Assembly (NCBI RefSeq): GCF_000008305.1 | Contig: NC_006055.1 | Span: 420,001 to 452,000 of the forward strand | Direction of reading: 5' to 3' | DNA from: Mesoplasma florum L1 | Lineage (GTDB): Bacteria; Bacillota_I; Bacilli_A; Mycoplasmatales; Mycoplasmataceae | DNA: 32,000 nucleotides | In this document: piece after piece, positions 20,341 through 32,000 of the stretch | How the letters are laid out: the number at the start of each line of letters is the position of its first letter | Numbering within the stretch: the stretch's first letter is position 1 | Program-made: the position numbers and the translations under genes | The notes under the pieces: model-generated | Told to the model about the DNA's origin: nothing | What the model saw: only the letters and a program-made list of their open reading frames with translations | Database searches by the model: none

Positions 20341-21396
20341 ATGAAGAAATTAATAGCCCTTTTAGGAGCCATTACTTTGACTGCTTCATCAGCATCACTT
20401 GTAGTAGCTTGTGGAAATACAACAGTACCAGAATATGACAATTTTGCAAAACTTGCTAATGCAACTAGACCAACATTAAATGATAACAATGAGATCGAAC
20501 AAAAAGGTTCAACTTTGGTTTACTACATTGGAGCAGAAGATAATCTTTCTTCATTATCATTTGAATATGCATTAAAAAAATCAGTTGGACTTGATGAAAG
20601 TGCTTCTTTAGATGATGCATTTGAAAAATTGAATGAATCTAACAGTTCAACCAATGATTTTGCAGGAAAATTTAAAGGTATAGGTGATACTTTTACAGCT
20701 AATAACGTAAATGGTGATGATGCCTTAAGATTAGTTGAAACAAATGTTACTTATAACAAGAAAAAAGATTTATGATATTTTGAAAATCAAACTGACTTAA
20801 GTACTTTTAGTGCTGAAGCTACTGGAACTAAAATTGAAATGCATGGAACAACAGTTGATACTGTTGGAGATCTTTGAACAGATAAAGCAACTAAAAAAAT
20901 ATTAAATGATTGAATAAAACCTTCGATTGCTAGAATGGTTTATGCTAATATAGATAAACATAATCAATCATGAGATAAAACAAAAGATAAAGAACAGATT
21001 AAAAAAGTTAATGATGAAATAAACTCAAGAACTGAAGCTATTAAAAATTCAAAAGGTCCTTTATTCTTAATTATTAGAAATGGTGAGTTTGTAGGTTATT
21101 TAGAAGGATTTGAAGCTTATAATCAAGTTAAAAAAGATGGAGACAATCCAGATTTAGGTAAAAGCGATTACAAAGAAAATGATCTTATAAATAATTTTAT
21201 AAACGGTATGCAAAGTGTTGTTCATACTAAAGATATAATGACAAAAACATATAAATCTGATAATACTAACTATAATTTAAATTCAACAGCATCAAATCAA
21301 TGAAAATGACAGAATTGAGATAATTGAGTTATTAGAGATTCTAAAACATCATCAGAATCTGGAGAGAGTTATTCATATAATTTAAATAAATACTAA
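20341..21396 (+). CDS. lipoprotein (351 aa under code 4)
   Basis: AAGGAGG SD. Signal peptide plus lipobox LVVAC at Cys24. I checked codon by codon that the frame stays open through 11 TGA codons to TAA at 21394-21396. Confidence 0.85.
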
Positions 21397-21418
21397 AATA
21401 GGTTTTATCCTATTTTTT
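21395..21418 (+). terminator. intrinsic terminator after the lipoprotein gene
   Basis: Hairpin aaaatagg-ttttat-cctatttt followed by a T-run. Confidence 0.55.
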
Positions 21419-21443
21419 ATTTTGTTTTTTAAAATATAGTAAA

Positions 21444-21468
21444 TAAAAAATCAACCCGAAAGTTGATT
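21444..21468 (-). terminator. intrinsic terminator after the tRNA cluster
   Basis: The minus strand reads aatcaac-tttcgg-gttgatt followed by TTTTTT. Confidence 0.6.
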
Positions 21469-21480
21469 GTATTTTTTAAA

Positions 21481-21569
21481 TGGTCCCCAAGGCCAGACTT
21501 GAACTGGCACGGGAGATAAAGCCCGGTGGATTTTAAGTCCACTGCGTCTACCGATTCCGCCACTTGGGG
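21481..21569 (-). tRNA. tRNA-Leu (anticodon UAA), class II, CCA encoded
   Basis: Hand fold: acceptor CCCCAAG/CTTGGGG, anticodon loop CTTAAAA, long variable arm, TTCAAGT T-loop, 3' ACCA. Confidence 0.85.
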
Positions 21570-21576
21570 ATGTATA

Positions 21577-21652
<76 letters not shown>

Positions 21653-21657
21653 AAAGT

Positions 21658-21732
21658 TGGTTGGGCTAGCAGGATTCGAACCGGCGCATGAGGGAGTCAA
21701 AGTCCCTTGCCTTACCGCTTGGCTATAGCCCA
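21658..21732 (-). tRNA. tRNA-Gln (anticodon UUG), CCA encoded
   Basis: Hand fold: acceptor TGGGCTA/TAGCCCA, anticodon stem AGGGA/TCCCT with loop CTTTGAC. The T-stem has one C-U mismatch. Confidence 0.8.
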
Positions 21733-21737
21733 ATAAA

Positions 21738-21821
21738 TGGTGGAGGGGGAGGGATTCGAACCCCCGAACCGAAAGGAAGTGGGTTACAGCCACCCGCGTT
21801 TGACCGCTTCGCTACCCCTCC
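21738..21821 (-). tRNA. tRNA-Tyr (anticodon GUA), class II, CCA encoded
   Basis: Hand fold: acceptor GGAGGGG/CCCCTCC, anticodon loop CTGTAAC, long variable arm, T-loop TTCGAAT. Confidence 0.85.
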
Positions 21822-21828
21822 ATTTAAA

Positions 21829-21904
21829 TGGTGCTGACTAAAGGACTTGAACCTTCGACCTATTGATTACTAGTCAATTGCTCTACCAACTGAGCTAAGT
21901 CAGC
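21829..21904 (-). tRNA. tRNA-Thr (anticodon AGU, A at wobble position 34), CCA encoded
   Basis: Hand fold: acceptor GCTGACT/AGTCAGC, D-arm GCTCAGTTGGTAGAGC, anticodon stem ATTGA/TCAAT with loop C-T-A-G-T-A-A, T-arm GAAGG-TTCAAGT-CCTTT. Confidence 0.9.
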
Positions 21905-22010
21905 GATGCCTTTTTTTTTGCTATCCTCTTTTAACAAGGACATTATTTATTTTATATTATTAATTTTAAATAAACAAGCAAAATTTTAAAAAAAATGCTT
22001 TTTTTAAAAT

Positions 22011-22036
22011 AAAAAAAGTTGTTAGTCAACAACTTT
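22011..22036 (-). terminator. intrinsic terminator after plsC
   Basis: Hairpin aaagttgtt-agtc-aacaacttt with the TAA (22022-24) in the stem-loop. U-run on minus (A7 at 22011-17 on plus). Confidence 0.6.
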
Positions 22037-23146
22037 AAATATATCTTTAAGTTTTTTCTTTTCTTTAGATTTTTTAGGTTTAGAATTTCCTGCTTTTTGG
22101 AAGTCTTCTCTATTTTTCAAATTAATTTTATTTATTGTTTTATGATCTAATAAAATTTCTTTATCAACTCATTTTTCCATGTTTTCAATAATAACTTTTC
22201 TTGTATTTTTTGTTAGATCTTCTGTTTTTAATGAAATATGTTTTAAAGGCATTATTGGTTTCCCAAAAACAACTTTTATTTCAATATGTTTTGGTCTATC
22301 TTTGCTAAATACTTGGTATGAGTTAATTATTGTAACTGGAACAACAGGAGCGTTAGCCATTTGAGCTACTTTTAATGCTGCTGGTTGGAATTCTCCTACT
22401 TGTTGTGAATGACTTCTAGTTCCTTCTGGGAATATAGCTAATGAACGTCTAAAGTCTACAACTAATTGTTTTCCTTCTTTGAAAGCTTCTAATGCACTTC
22501 TTGGGTTTTTTCTATCAAGTGGGATACAATCCATTAAACGAACAAATCTACCAAATTTTTTATCTTCTCATAATTCTTTTTTAGCAATAAACGCTAAAGG
22601 CTGTTGAAGATAAAAATTATTTAATGCTACAAGTGCAACTGGATCAAAGTTTGATTGATGGTTAGGTGCTAATATAACTCCACGATCTAATCAATTTTCA
22701 ATTCCTTCACATTTAACAGTTATATCAGAAACATATAAAATTCTTTTCGCTGCTTTTTTAACAAAATTATAGCAATATTCTTCTGAAAAATATCCTGGGC
22801 TTTTTAAATTCTTTTTACTTATTTTTTTAGCTTTACGCATCATGTTTCACATTGGTAATCACATGTATGTCATTTTTCAAAAATTAAGTTTTAATTTTTC
22901 CTTTTTTTTCTTTTTAGTTTTTGATTTAGTTGTTTTTGTTGAACTAACATTTGTTACTTCAGTAGTTTCAACGACTTTAACTTCTTCAATTTTAACTTCT
23001 TCAACTTTTTTAGCTGGCTGGTTTTTTGCAACTGGTTTTGTTGCAGTTTTTTTAGCTGGTGATTTTGGTGTAGCTGCTTTTTTAGTTGCTGGTTTTGTTT
23101 CAGTTTTTTTAGCTACTGGTTTTTTAACTTCTTTTTCTTTTGTCAT
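22022..23146 (-). CDS. plsC: 1-acyl-sn-glycerol-3-phosphate acyltransferase (PlsC family) with an in-frame lysine-rich N-terminal extension of about 100 aa
   Basis: The core has NHQSNFD (HX4D) and IFPEGTRS. Track ORF 22877..23146 (K/A/P/T-rich) is in the same frame, with only UGA codons (22877, 22859, 22847) in between. AGGAG lies 8 nt upstream of ATG 23144-23146. If initiation is internal, the core alone would be 22022..22843. Confidence 0.7.
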
Positions 23147-23147
23147 T

Positions 23148-23633
23148 TTATTTTCTCCTATTCATGTATTCAACATAAAAGTGTTCTTTTTCCACTATAT
23201 TTATTTTATCAAAATTATCATAGTTAAAGTTTTTGATATGTACATTTCCTTCAAAATCATCTTTTATCATGCTTCTAATGATTTCATCACAATCATCAAA
23301 GAATAATTCATATATTTGGCTTCCACCAATAATGTAAACATCTTTTGATGTATTGCCTTTAAATTCTTTTAAAATAAAATCTTTTTTATTAATGAAATTT
23401 ACATTTTCTGACATGTGTTCTTTGTACTTTTCAGTATCTCTTGTAAGTACATAATTGATACGATTTGGTAACCCTTTAAAGTTCATTGACTCAAATGTTT
23501 TACCACCCATTAAAACATTTTGATTTAACGTTGTTGTTCTAAAATGTTGCATTTCTTCTTTTATAGATCAAGGAAGTGAATTGTCTTTACCAATTACTCC
23601 TTTTTCTGTTTGTGCTCAAATCATTTTAATCAT
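23148..23633 (-). CDS. folA: dihydrofolate reductase
   Basis: MIKMIWAQTEKGVIGKDNSLPWSIKEEMQHFRTTTLNQNVLMGGKTFES...VYIIGGSQIYE is the classic DHFR pattern. Conserved Trp residues are encoded by UGA. An alternative in-frame ATG is at 23624. Confidence 0.85.
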
Positions 23634-23961
23634 TTTTCTTCACCGCCATACCAACTGAATATTTTTTTTCATGAGAAATTGAAATCAATATATTAGTTAA
23701 TTCTTTATTTAAAATAATTGGTGTTTTTTCTAAGTAACCTATATTAATTTTACTCATTGGCAATACTTCATTATTTTTTAATGTTTTAATAATAGATTCT
23801 TTTACAGCTCATCTTCCAGCAACAAATTCAATCTTTGCTTTTTTTGAAGATAGTGTTGATAATTTTTCTAACTCATCTTTAGTTAAAACTTTATTTAAAA
23901 AATTTTGTCTTAAATTAACTCTTTTGTTTTCAACAATATCAATTCCAATATTTTCAATCAT
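23626..23961 (-). CDS. acpS: holo-[acyl-carrier-protein] synthase
   Basis: MIENIGIDIVENKRV...EFVAGRWAVKESIIK is the AcpS signature (GxDxxE, aarfAaKEA). It reads through TGA at 23809-23811 and overlaps the folA start by 8 nt. Confidence 0.8.
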
Positions 23962-24007
23962 AATGCATCCTTTTATTTTATTTAATTTTATCAATTAATA
24001 GCCTATA

Positions 24008-24042
24008 AGAAAACCTCACAGTCTAATCTTGTGAGGTTTTTT
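24008..24042 (-). terminator. hairpin after the dCMP deaminase gene
   Basis: Inverted repeat aaaacctcaca-gtctaatct-tgtgaggtttt. The U-run on the minus-strand side is short, so it may be only partly efficient. Confidence 0.45.
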
Positions 24043-24043
24043 G

Positions 24044-24517
24044 TTAATCTATTGATATTTTTACATTAAAATCATTAATTTGCTTATATTCAATCTTAGC
24101 TGCATCTAACATTCTCTTAGAAGCTTTAACTTCGTTTGAATCTTTATATTTATCTTCAAGGTAATATACTTTTTTAATTCCTGCTTGAATGATAATTTTT
24201 GTACACTCGTTGCATGGGAACAAAGTAACATAAACATCTGAGTCAGTTAAGTTTGTTCTTGCGCTTACAATAGCGTTTAATTCAGCATGAGCTACATAAG
24301 GGTATTTAGTATCAATTCATTCTCCTTCTCTTGTTCAAGGAAATTCATCATCATTAACACCTCTAGGAAATCCATTATAACCTGTTGATATAATTTGATT
24401 TAAATTGTTAACAAGAATAGCTCCAACCTGAGTTGATGGGTCTTTACTTCTCATTGCACAAACTTTAGCAACAGTCATAAAGAATTGTTCTCAGTTTAAA
24501 AAATTCTCTCTTTTCAT
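24044..24517 (-). CDS. comEB: deoxycytidylate (dCMP) deaminase, ComEB-type
   Basis: Zinc motifs VAHAELNAI and LFPCNECTKIIIQAGIKKV. 157 aa under code 4. Confidence 0.85.
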
Positions 24518-25962
24518 TATAGTTTGATTCCTAATTTAATGTTTGTAATAACATCAGCAGTTGAAGCTAAATTAATTGTTGCTACAGTTGGAGGTTTTGG
24601 ATATAGATTTTCATTTCATGCTCCATCTTGAAATCTACCTAATCATCCAATTTTTTCAAATACTTGATTATAATGATCAAAATCTCCACCTATTTTATTT
24701 TTTGCATAAAATTGTAATGCTGTAATAACACTATAGTTATATGCTGGTGCTTTTTTAAGAGTAACAACAAAAACTATTGCTACAACTATAAATACTAATA
24801 AGAATAATATTAAAATGTTTTCTCTTCATGTTCAGTCTTTTACTGGTTTTTTTACTAAACCTGCAAAAATTGATCCAAATATAATTCCTGACATCAATAC
24901 TGAGAATGAACTTAATTGGTCTTGGCTATTGAAAATAGCAAGAATAATTAAAACTATTGGTCAAATAACTTTTACTTTTCCAAATCTTGCTATTGGTGAT
25001 GTTTCTCCAGAAACATTCATAGCTAATATTCCAACCATAATTCCAATAATTGGAAGAGAACCTGAAGTAATAGTATATGGTAATGTTGCTGAAACAACAA
25101 AACCAAGTGTTATATACGCTAAAACAAAAGAAATAGCTAATTTTCATACATTACCGATAATAATTTCAGTGATTTTACTTATTGAGAATAATGAAGTTGT
25201 TAATAAGAAAATCATTAAAGCACTAAATACTATCCCATTTCCTGAGTCCATAGCACTAAAACCATAAGTGAAAACTCTTCATCATTGACCACCAGCTATT
25301 GTTAATGTTTGGTTTGTACCACCAAATATTATCATTGGTGCTTGTCATGCTCTTGCTGACCATTTAACTATTTGACCAGCATCATTGTATGACATACCTT
25401 CTAGAATGCTTAAGTTCATGAATAAACCAATAATAGTAAACGAAACGGGCATTATTATGAAAAAGAATAAAATGATTCATGTAAAACTAATGTTATTATT
25501 TTTAATTTTATTTAAAGCTATTTTAAAATTATTCATTTTAATTTCATCATTTAAATCTTCGTCTTGAATTAAGTTTTCTTCTTTATTTTGAGCTGTTTGT
25601 TTATTATTTTTAAACTTTGAAATTAATGGTAAAAATTTTACTAAATTATTTTGAAGTTCTTCTGGAGTTGTAATAACTAGAATTTCAGTTTCATCTTCTG
25701 TTAATTTATTTTCATATTCACTAATAACAATTTTTAATTTCTTAACTTTCTCATTCATAAAGTTTTTTTGAGCAGTCATTTCAATATTTGATCAATTTTC
25801 TGTTGAACCTTGTATTTGAAGATCTATTATTACATACTGATTAGAATTATTAATAAATATTGCACGTGACTCTTTTATTTTTTTATCAACGTTTTTGTAC
25901 TTATATTCTTTTTTCAAAAACTTAACCAATGCTTGATAAGTGTTAGATTGTTTTTCAGTCAT
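24517..25962 (-). CDS. polytopic membrane protein with soluble N-domain; rhomboid-like core (assignment tentative)
   Basis: The only long frame open under code 4 on minus here (481 aa); track ORF 25477..25779 is its N-terminal piece. The membrane core contains GGQWWRVFTYGF (rhomboid L1/TM2 WR motif) and ITSGSLPIIGIMVG at the GxSG position. The stop overlaps the comEB ATG (TAATG). Confidence 0.55.
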
Positions 25963-26878
25963 TTTCAACCCCGCCTTCCTGAAGAATTTTATCAGTAAAT
26001 TCTTTTGGTAATTCTGCTTTTAATTTTACCATTTCTTTTGTGATTGGGTGTAAAAATTCTAATTTATACGCATGTAACATTTGTCCAAAATCAGTTTGTT
26101 TCTCTGCTAACTTACCATATGAAGGATCATTTACAATTGGATGTTTAATGAAATTGAAGTGAACTCTAATTTGATGTGTTCTTCCAGTTTCAATAGCACA
26201 CTTAACTAATGTTGTTTTGTCTAAACGTTTAATAACTTCAAAATTAGTTACTGCATATTTAGAATTTTTAGAAGTAACCATCATTTTTTTTCTATCATTT
26301 TGGTGTCTACCTATCGGTGCATCGATAATTCCTTTATCTTCTTTTATTTCACCTCAAACTAAAGCTACATATTCTTTGTATATTTCATGGTTCTTCAACA
26401 TTTCTGTTAATACTTGGTGAGATTTGTCATTCTTAGCAACAATTAATAGACCAGTTGTTTGTTTATCTATTCTATGAACAATTCCAGGTCTCTCAACACC
26501 ACCAATTGTACTTAAGAATTCAGCATCTCTTCCCAATAAAGCATTAACCATTGTTCCTTCTGTGTTTCCAGCTCCAGGGTGAACTACCATGTTATTTGGT
26601 TTATTAACAACTAAAATATCATCATCTTCATAAACAATATCTAAATCAATTTTTTCAGGATTTATTGTTGATGTTTTTACTTCAGGAATATTGATTTCTA
26701 TTTCAATATCTCCAATTAAATTAAAATTTTGTTTTGTTTCAACATTACCATTAACTATTACATTGCCATCTTTGATTAAAGTTTGAATGTAACTTCTTGA
26801 ATATTCAGTAGATTCAGCTAAAGCATCTACTAAGTATTTGTCTAACCTTACTTTTTCAACATTAGCTTTTATTTTCAT
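25943..26878 (-). CDS. rluD: RluA/RluD-family 23S rRNA pseudouridine synthase
   Basis: N-terminal S4 domain (RLDKYL), catalytic HRIDKQTTGLLIVAK, and GRTHQIRVH. Fragments are joined through TGAs. It reads through TGA at 25955 to TAA at 25943-45. Confidence 0.9.
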
Positions 26879-27485
26879 TTTTATCTACCTCTTTATTTAT
26901 TTCTTTTTGTTTTTTTGGTTTAAATATGTTGATCATTTCTATAATAAAACACACTGCCCCAATTCCGATTCCAATATTCACCCACATGTCAGCTAAATTA
27001 AATATATAGCCTGAAGAGCCTAAGAAGTCAAAGCCTCATACAAACATATCTACAACTCCACCATAAATTTCTTGGCCATCTCTTATAGTAGCTGGAGCTC
27101 AAGCTCTTGCTAATAAGTTTGCAAAACCACCAGCCAGTAATATTGAACAAGTAATAATTCATTTTTTATCATTTAAAAATATAAATACAATGATTAGTAG
27201 TGCAACAAATAATGCTGCTAAAGTTACTGTTTTAGCTAAACCATCTGCATAATCACCGCGACCATAAGCAGAACCTAAATTTATTTTGTATTGAATATTT
27301 AAAAATCCATTTATAAATGTTTTTGAGTCGTTTTCTTTCATTGTTGCAACAACAACTCATTTAATTATTCAATCTAACAGTATCAAAAAGCTCATTATAG
27401 GGGTAGCTATAATCAGTTTAAATTTTCATTTAAAATCATATGATTTTAATCCAAAAATTAAATTAGATATTTGATTTTTAAACAT
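26862..27485 (-). CDS. lspA: lipoprotein signal peptidase II
   Basis: AAGGGGTGA SD. NLGSAYG, YIFNLADMWVNIG (catalytic Asp motifs), 4 TM helices. Overlaps rluD by 17 nt. Confidence 0.85.
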
Positions 27486-27504
27486 AACTATCACCCCTTA
27501 ATGC

Positions 27505-30231
<2,727 letters not shown>

Positions 30232-30244
30232 TTTCTAATCTCCT

Positions 30245-30475
30245 TTAAAAATAAAAATCGCCCCTTATATAAGGAGCGACTAACCGCGGTACCATCCTAA
30301 TTAATAAATTAAAGCTTAATTTATCATCTTCAAGGTTTTAACGGTGCCACCGCAGAATTCTACTCAATATAATTTTTCTTTTCTGTTGAAAAAAGGTGAT
30401 ATCTTTTAAATATTATTACTAGTTTACACCAACCACTAGCTCTCTTTGAATAATTAATTTAAAAAACTTGTCCTT
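30245..30475 (-). promoter_or_regulatory. T-box riboswitch leader of ileS (Ile specifier AUC)
   Basis: On minus: AG bulge AGAGAG (30440-45), distal hairpin CTAGT-GGTTGGTGTAA-ACTAG (30419-39), and specifier AUC-A just before the base helix AAAGG/CCTTT (30398-30400). The T-box AATTAGGATGGTACCGCGGTTA is at 30281-30302. The terminator TCGCTCCTT-ATAT-AAGGGGCGA (30258-79) is followed by TTTTTATTTTT, then AGGAG. Confidence 0.85.
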
Positions 30476-30509
30476 TAGTTTTTATAATAATATTTTATAT
30501 TATTTTTAA

Positions 30510-31484
30510 TTAAATTTGATGTTTTTTAACAAAATCTGTTGTTCTTAAAATGTAATCTTCTGTAAACTTAATAATTGATTTAGTATGATTAATTCCTGTA
30601 TCATAAATAATTAATTCATTCACTTTAGATTCTTCTATATTGTTTTTAACATCTTGCATTTTAAAACTATCTAAAAAGTTTGTTACTCTATCAAATCTGT
30701 TATGAATATACATAATAGGTATATACTTATGTTTTGTCTCAATTAAATTAATAAAATCAAGTTCAACTAGATTAACTCCATATTCATTTTTATATATTTT
30801 TAACATGTCTTCTAAAACCAAGTTAACATAATTCTCAAATATTTTTGGGGCATTATTAGCAACCATACTTCTTAGAAGTTTTGAAACTGACATATAAGCT
30901 GAATCTGATATTGCTCATTTAATATTATTTTCCTTAACAAATTTTTCTTCTGTTAAAGCTAGGTAGTTAACTGTAAATCCACCCATACTTGTTCCAACAA
31001 GACCAATTTCTTCTGGTTTATAATTTTGTGTTACTCATGTAATAATTGTCATTAAGTCTCATTTTTCTTTATAACCTCAAGTTACAACATCACTATCACT
31101 TGATCCATGATTTCTAAAATCAAAAGTTATTATGTTATACCCTAATGAACGATAGTGTCAAGTTAGATATAAAACATTGAATCTTCCTGAATTGAATCCA
31201 TGAACACCAATTACTCATTTATTACTTGGCTTTGGATTTAATCATACACTAGCAACAATTTTTACACCATCTTTTGAAAGCGTTGTGAAATTAGCTGTTG
31301 GGCTTTTATATTCTTTTATTTTTAATTTTTTATTTGAATTTCTATTAGTTGAATTAAAGTTATTAATTGTTTTAACAAAATTAATTTTTAAACTTGCTGC
31401 TTCTTCACGTTGCTTAATTGTTTTGGAAAAACTTGAATTTCACATTTGAATCATTTTATGAGCTAAAGTTGAATATTCTGACAT
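30510..31484 (-). CDS. alpha/beta-fold hydrolase (324 aa)
   Basis: One frame under code 4. HGFNSG oxyanion-type motif, nucleophile elbow GTSMGG (GxSxG). AGAGG SD present. Confidence 0.75.
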
Positions 31485-31541
31485 AATAACCTCTTTTCTA
31501 TTATTTATATTTTACTATAAACATACAAATAAAAATGAAAT

Positions 31542-31566
31542 AAAAAAAATAAGCAGTGCTTATTTT
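31542..31566 (-). terminator. intrinsic terminator after sepF
   Basis: Hairpin aaataagc-agt-gcttattt overlapping the TAA; A8 on plus reads as a U-run on minus. Confidence 0.55.
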
Positions 31567-31958
31567 CTAATTAATATTTTGTAAATGTTACCTTCAATTT
31601 TTTTGTAGATACCATCATTAATGTAAATAACACCTGATATGAAATCTATAATTCTTCTTTTTTCTGCTTTTTCTAATCCTGAAAGATCAATTAAAACAAT
31701 TTTATTAATTTTTAATTCATCTGCAATTTTAGCTGCTTCAGAAAAAGAAGTAGGCTTAATAATTTCAGTTCTTTTAGAAGGAATATCTTGATTGATTGTG
31801 TTTAATTCACTTTCATTTGAATATTCAACTTCTTCTTTAGTTGTTGAATCTTCTTCATCATACATACTGTATCCATTTACATCGTTTAAAGCTTGATCTA
31901 TTTCCCCTGATTCAAGTTTTTTAGTTTTCATTTTATCTAGTAGTTCTTTAATTTTCAT
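31560..31958 (-). CDS. sepF: cell division protein SepF
   Basis: The C-terminal domain IIKPTSFSEAAKIADELKINKIVLIDLSGLEKAEKRRIIDFISGVIYINDGIYKKIEGNIY matches the SepF core. It lies directly downstream of an FtsZ-like tail. I prefer the second ATG (31956-58, 7 nt after AGGAG) over the track start at 31964. Confidence 0.8.
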   Translation of the reverse strand: MKIKELLDKMKTKKLESGEIDQALNDVNGYSMYDEEDSTTKEEVEYSNESELNTINQDIPSKRTEIIKPTSFSEAAKIADELKINKIVLIDLSGLEKAEKRRIIDFISGVIYINDGIYKKIEGNIYKILIRK

Positions 31959-31971
31959 TTTCATTCTCCTA

Positions 31972-32000
31972 CTATTTCAAGAATGTTGGGAAATCATCTT
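31972..32000 (-). CDS. ftsZ: C-terminal end of FtsZ (partial; only 9 codons in window)
   Basis: The minus strand reads ...DDFPTFLK-TAG, which resembles the conserved FtsZ C-terminal peptide (D-I/F-P-x-F-L). The position immediately upstream of sepF fits the usual synteny. The evidence is very short. Confidence 0.5.

Noticed and set aside
21905-22010. Possible small gene or regulatory RNA in the 100-nt AT-rich spacer between plsC and the tRNA operon
   Set aside because: I could only discern a weak TTGCTT...TAATAT promoter-like pair for the tRNA operon and A/T runs. There is no ORF with an SD and no convincing conserved-looking structure.
22842-23306. 154-aa plus-strand ORF with a very hydrophobic, membrane-protein-like translation
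   Set aside because: It is the antisense shadow of the lysine-rich (AAA/AAG-rich) minus-strand coding region, so it reads as F/L/V. It has no SD and it overlaps folA and plsC, which have strong homology support on the other strand.
24815-25267. 150-aa plus-strand ORF and 73-aa minus ORF (24926..25147), the only track ORFs in this 1-kb stretch
   Set aside because: Under code 4 a different minus-strand frame is open for 481 codons and joins seamlessly to ORF 25477..25779. The listed ORFs are off-frame or antisense artefacts.

Overview
Very AT-rich, gene-dense chromosomal segment that only reads correctly under translation table 4 (UGA = Trp). This looks like Mollicutes core genome, Mesoplasma/Entomoplasma/Mycoplasma mycoides-clade-like. 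The tRNA-Thr(AGU) gene and the Thr-Tyr-Gln-Lys-Leu tRNA cluster fit that placement. The supplied ORF track treats UGA as stop, so it fragments most genes. I re-joined the fragments by hand wherever they share a frame and are separated only by TGA. Nearly everything is on the minus strand, in tightly packed operons. Gene content from left to right: two unknown proteins, a divergent unknown protein, an atypical SDR, rpsU, two unknown membrane proteins, and hisS-aspS. Next come an unknown Q/N-rich membrane protein coupled to holA, rpsT (+), comEC, an unknown anchored protein, and the run rdgB-trmL-nadD::yqeK-mtnN-rbfA. These are followed by a choline-kinase-like phosphotransferase (+), a PAP2 phosphatase, an AEC transporter, an M24 Xaa-Pro peptidase, rpmG, and a lipoprotein (+). 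After the five tRNA genes come dCMP deaminase-acpS-folA-plsC, then ileS (with a T-box leader)-lspA-rluD-rhomboid-like protein. The window ends with an alpha/beta hydrolase, sepF, and the last codons of ftsZ. I saw no CRISPR array, transposase, integrase, phage genes, or recognisable defence, toxin-antitoxin or restriction-modification module. I could not identify a convincing novel multi-gene system, and this looks like housekeeping core genome. The most unusual items are a histone-H1-like lysine-rich domain fused in frame to PlsC, and a comEC with no canonical start that sits in frame behind an upstream ORF across a single TAA. Also notable are a rhomboid-like protein whose catalytic motifs look degenerate, the A34 tRNA-Thr, the Ile T-box, and a 16-nt homopolymer inside a terminator/promoter junction. 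All coordinates were hand-derived and may be off by a base or two. Functional calls come from motif recognition, not database searches.
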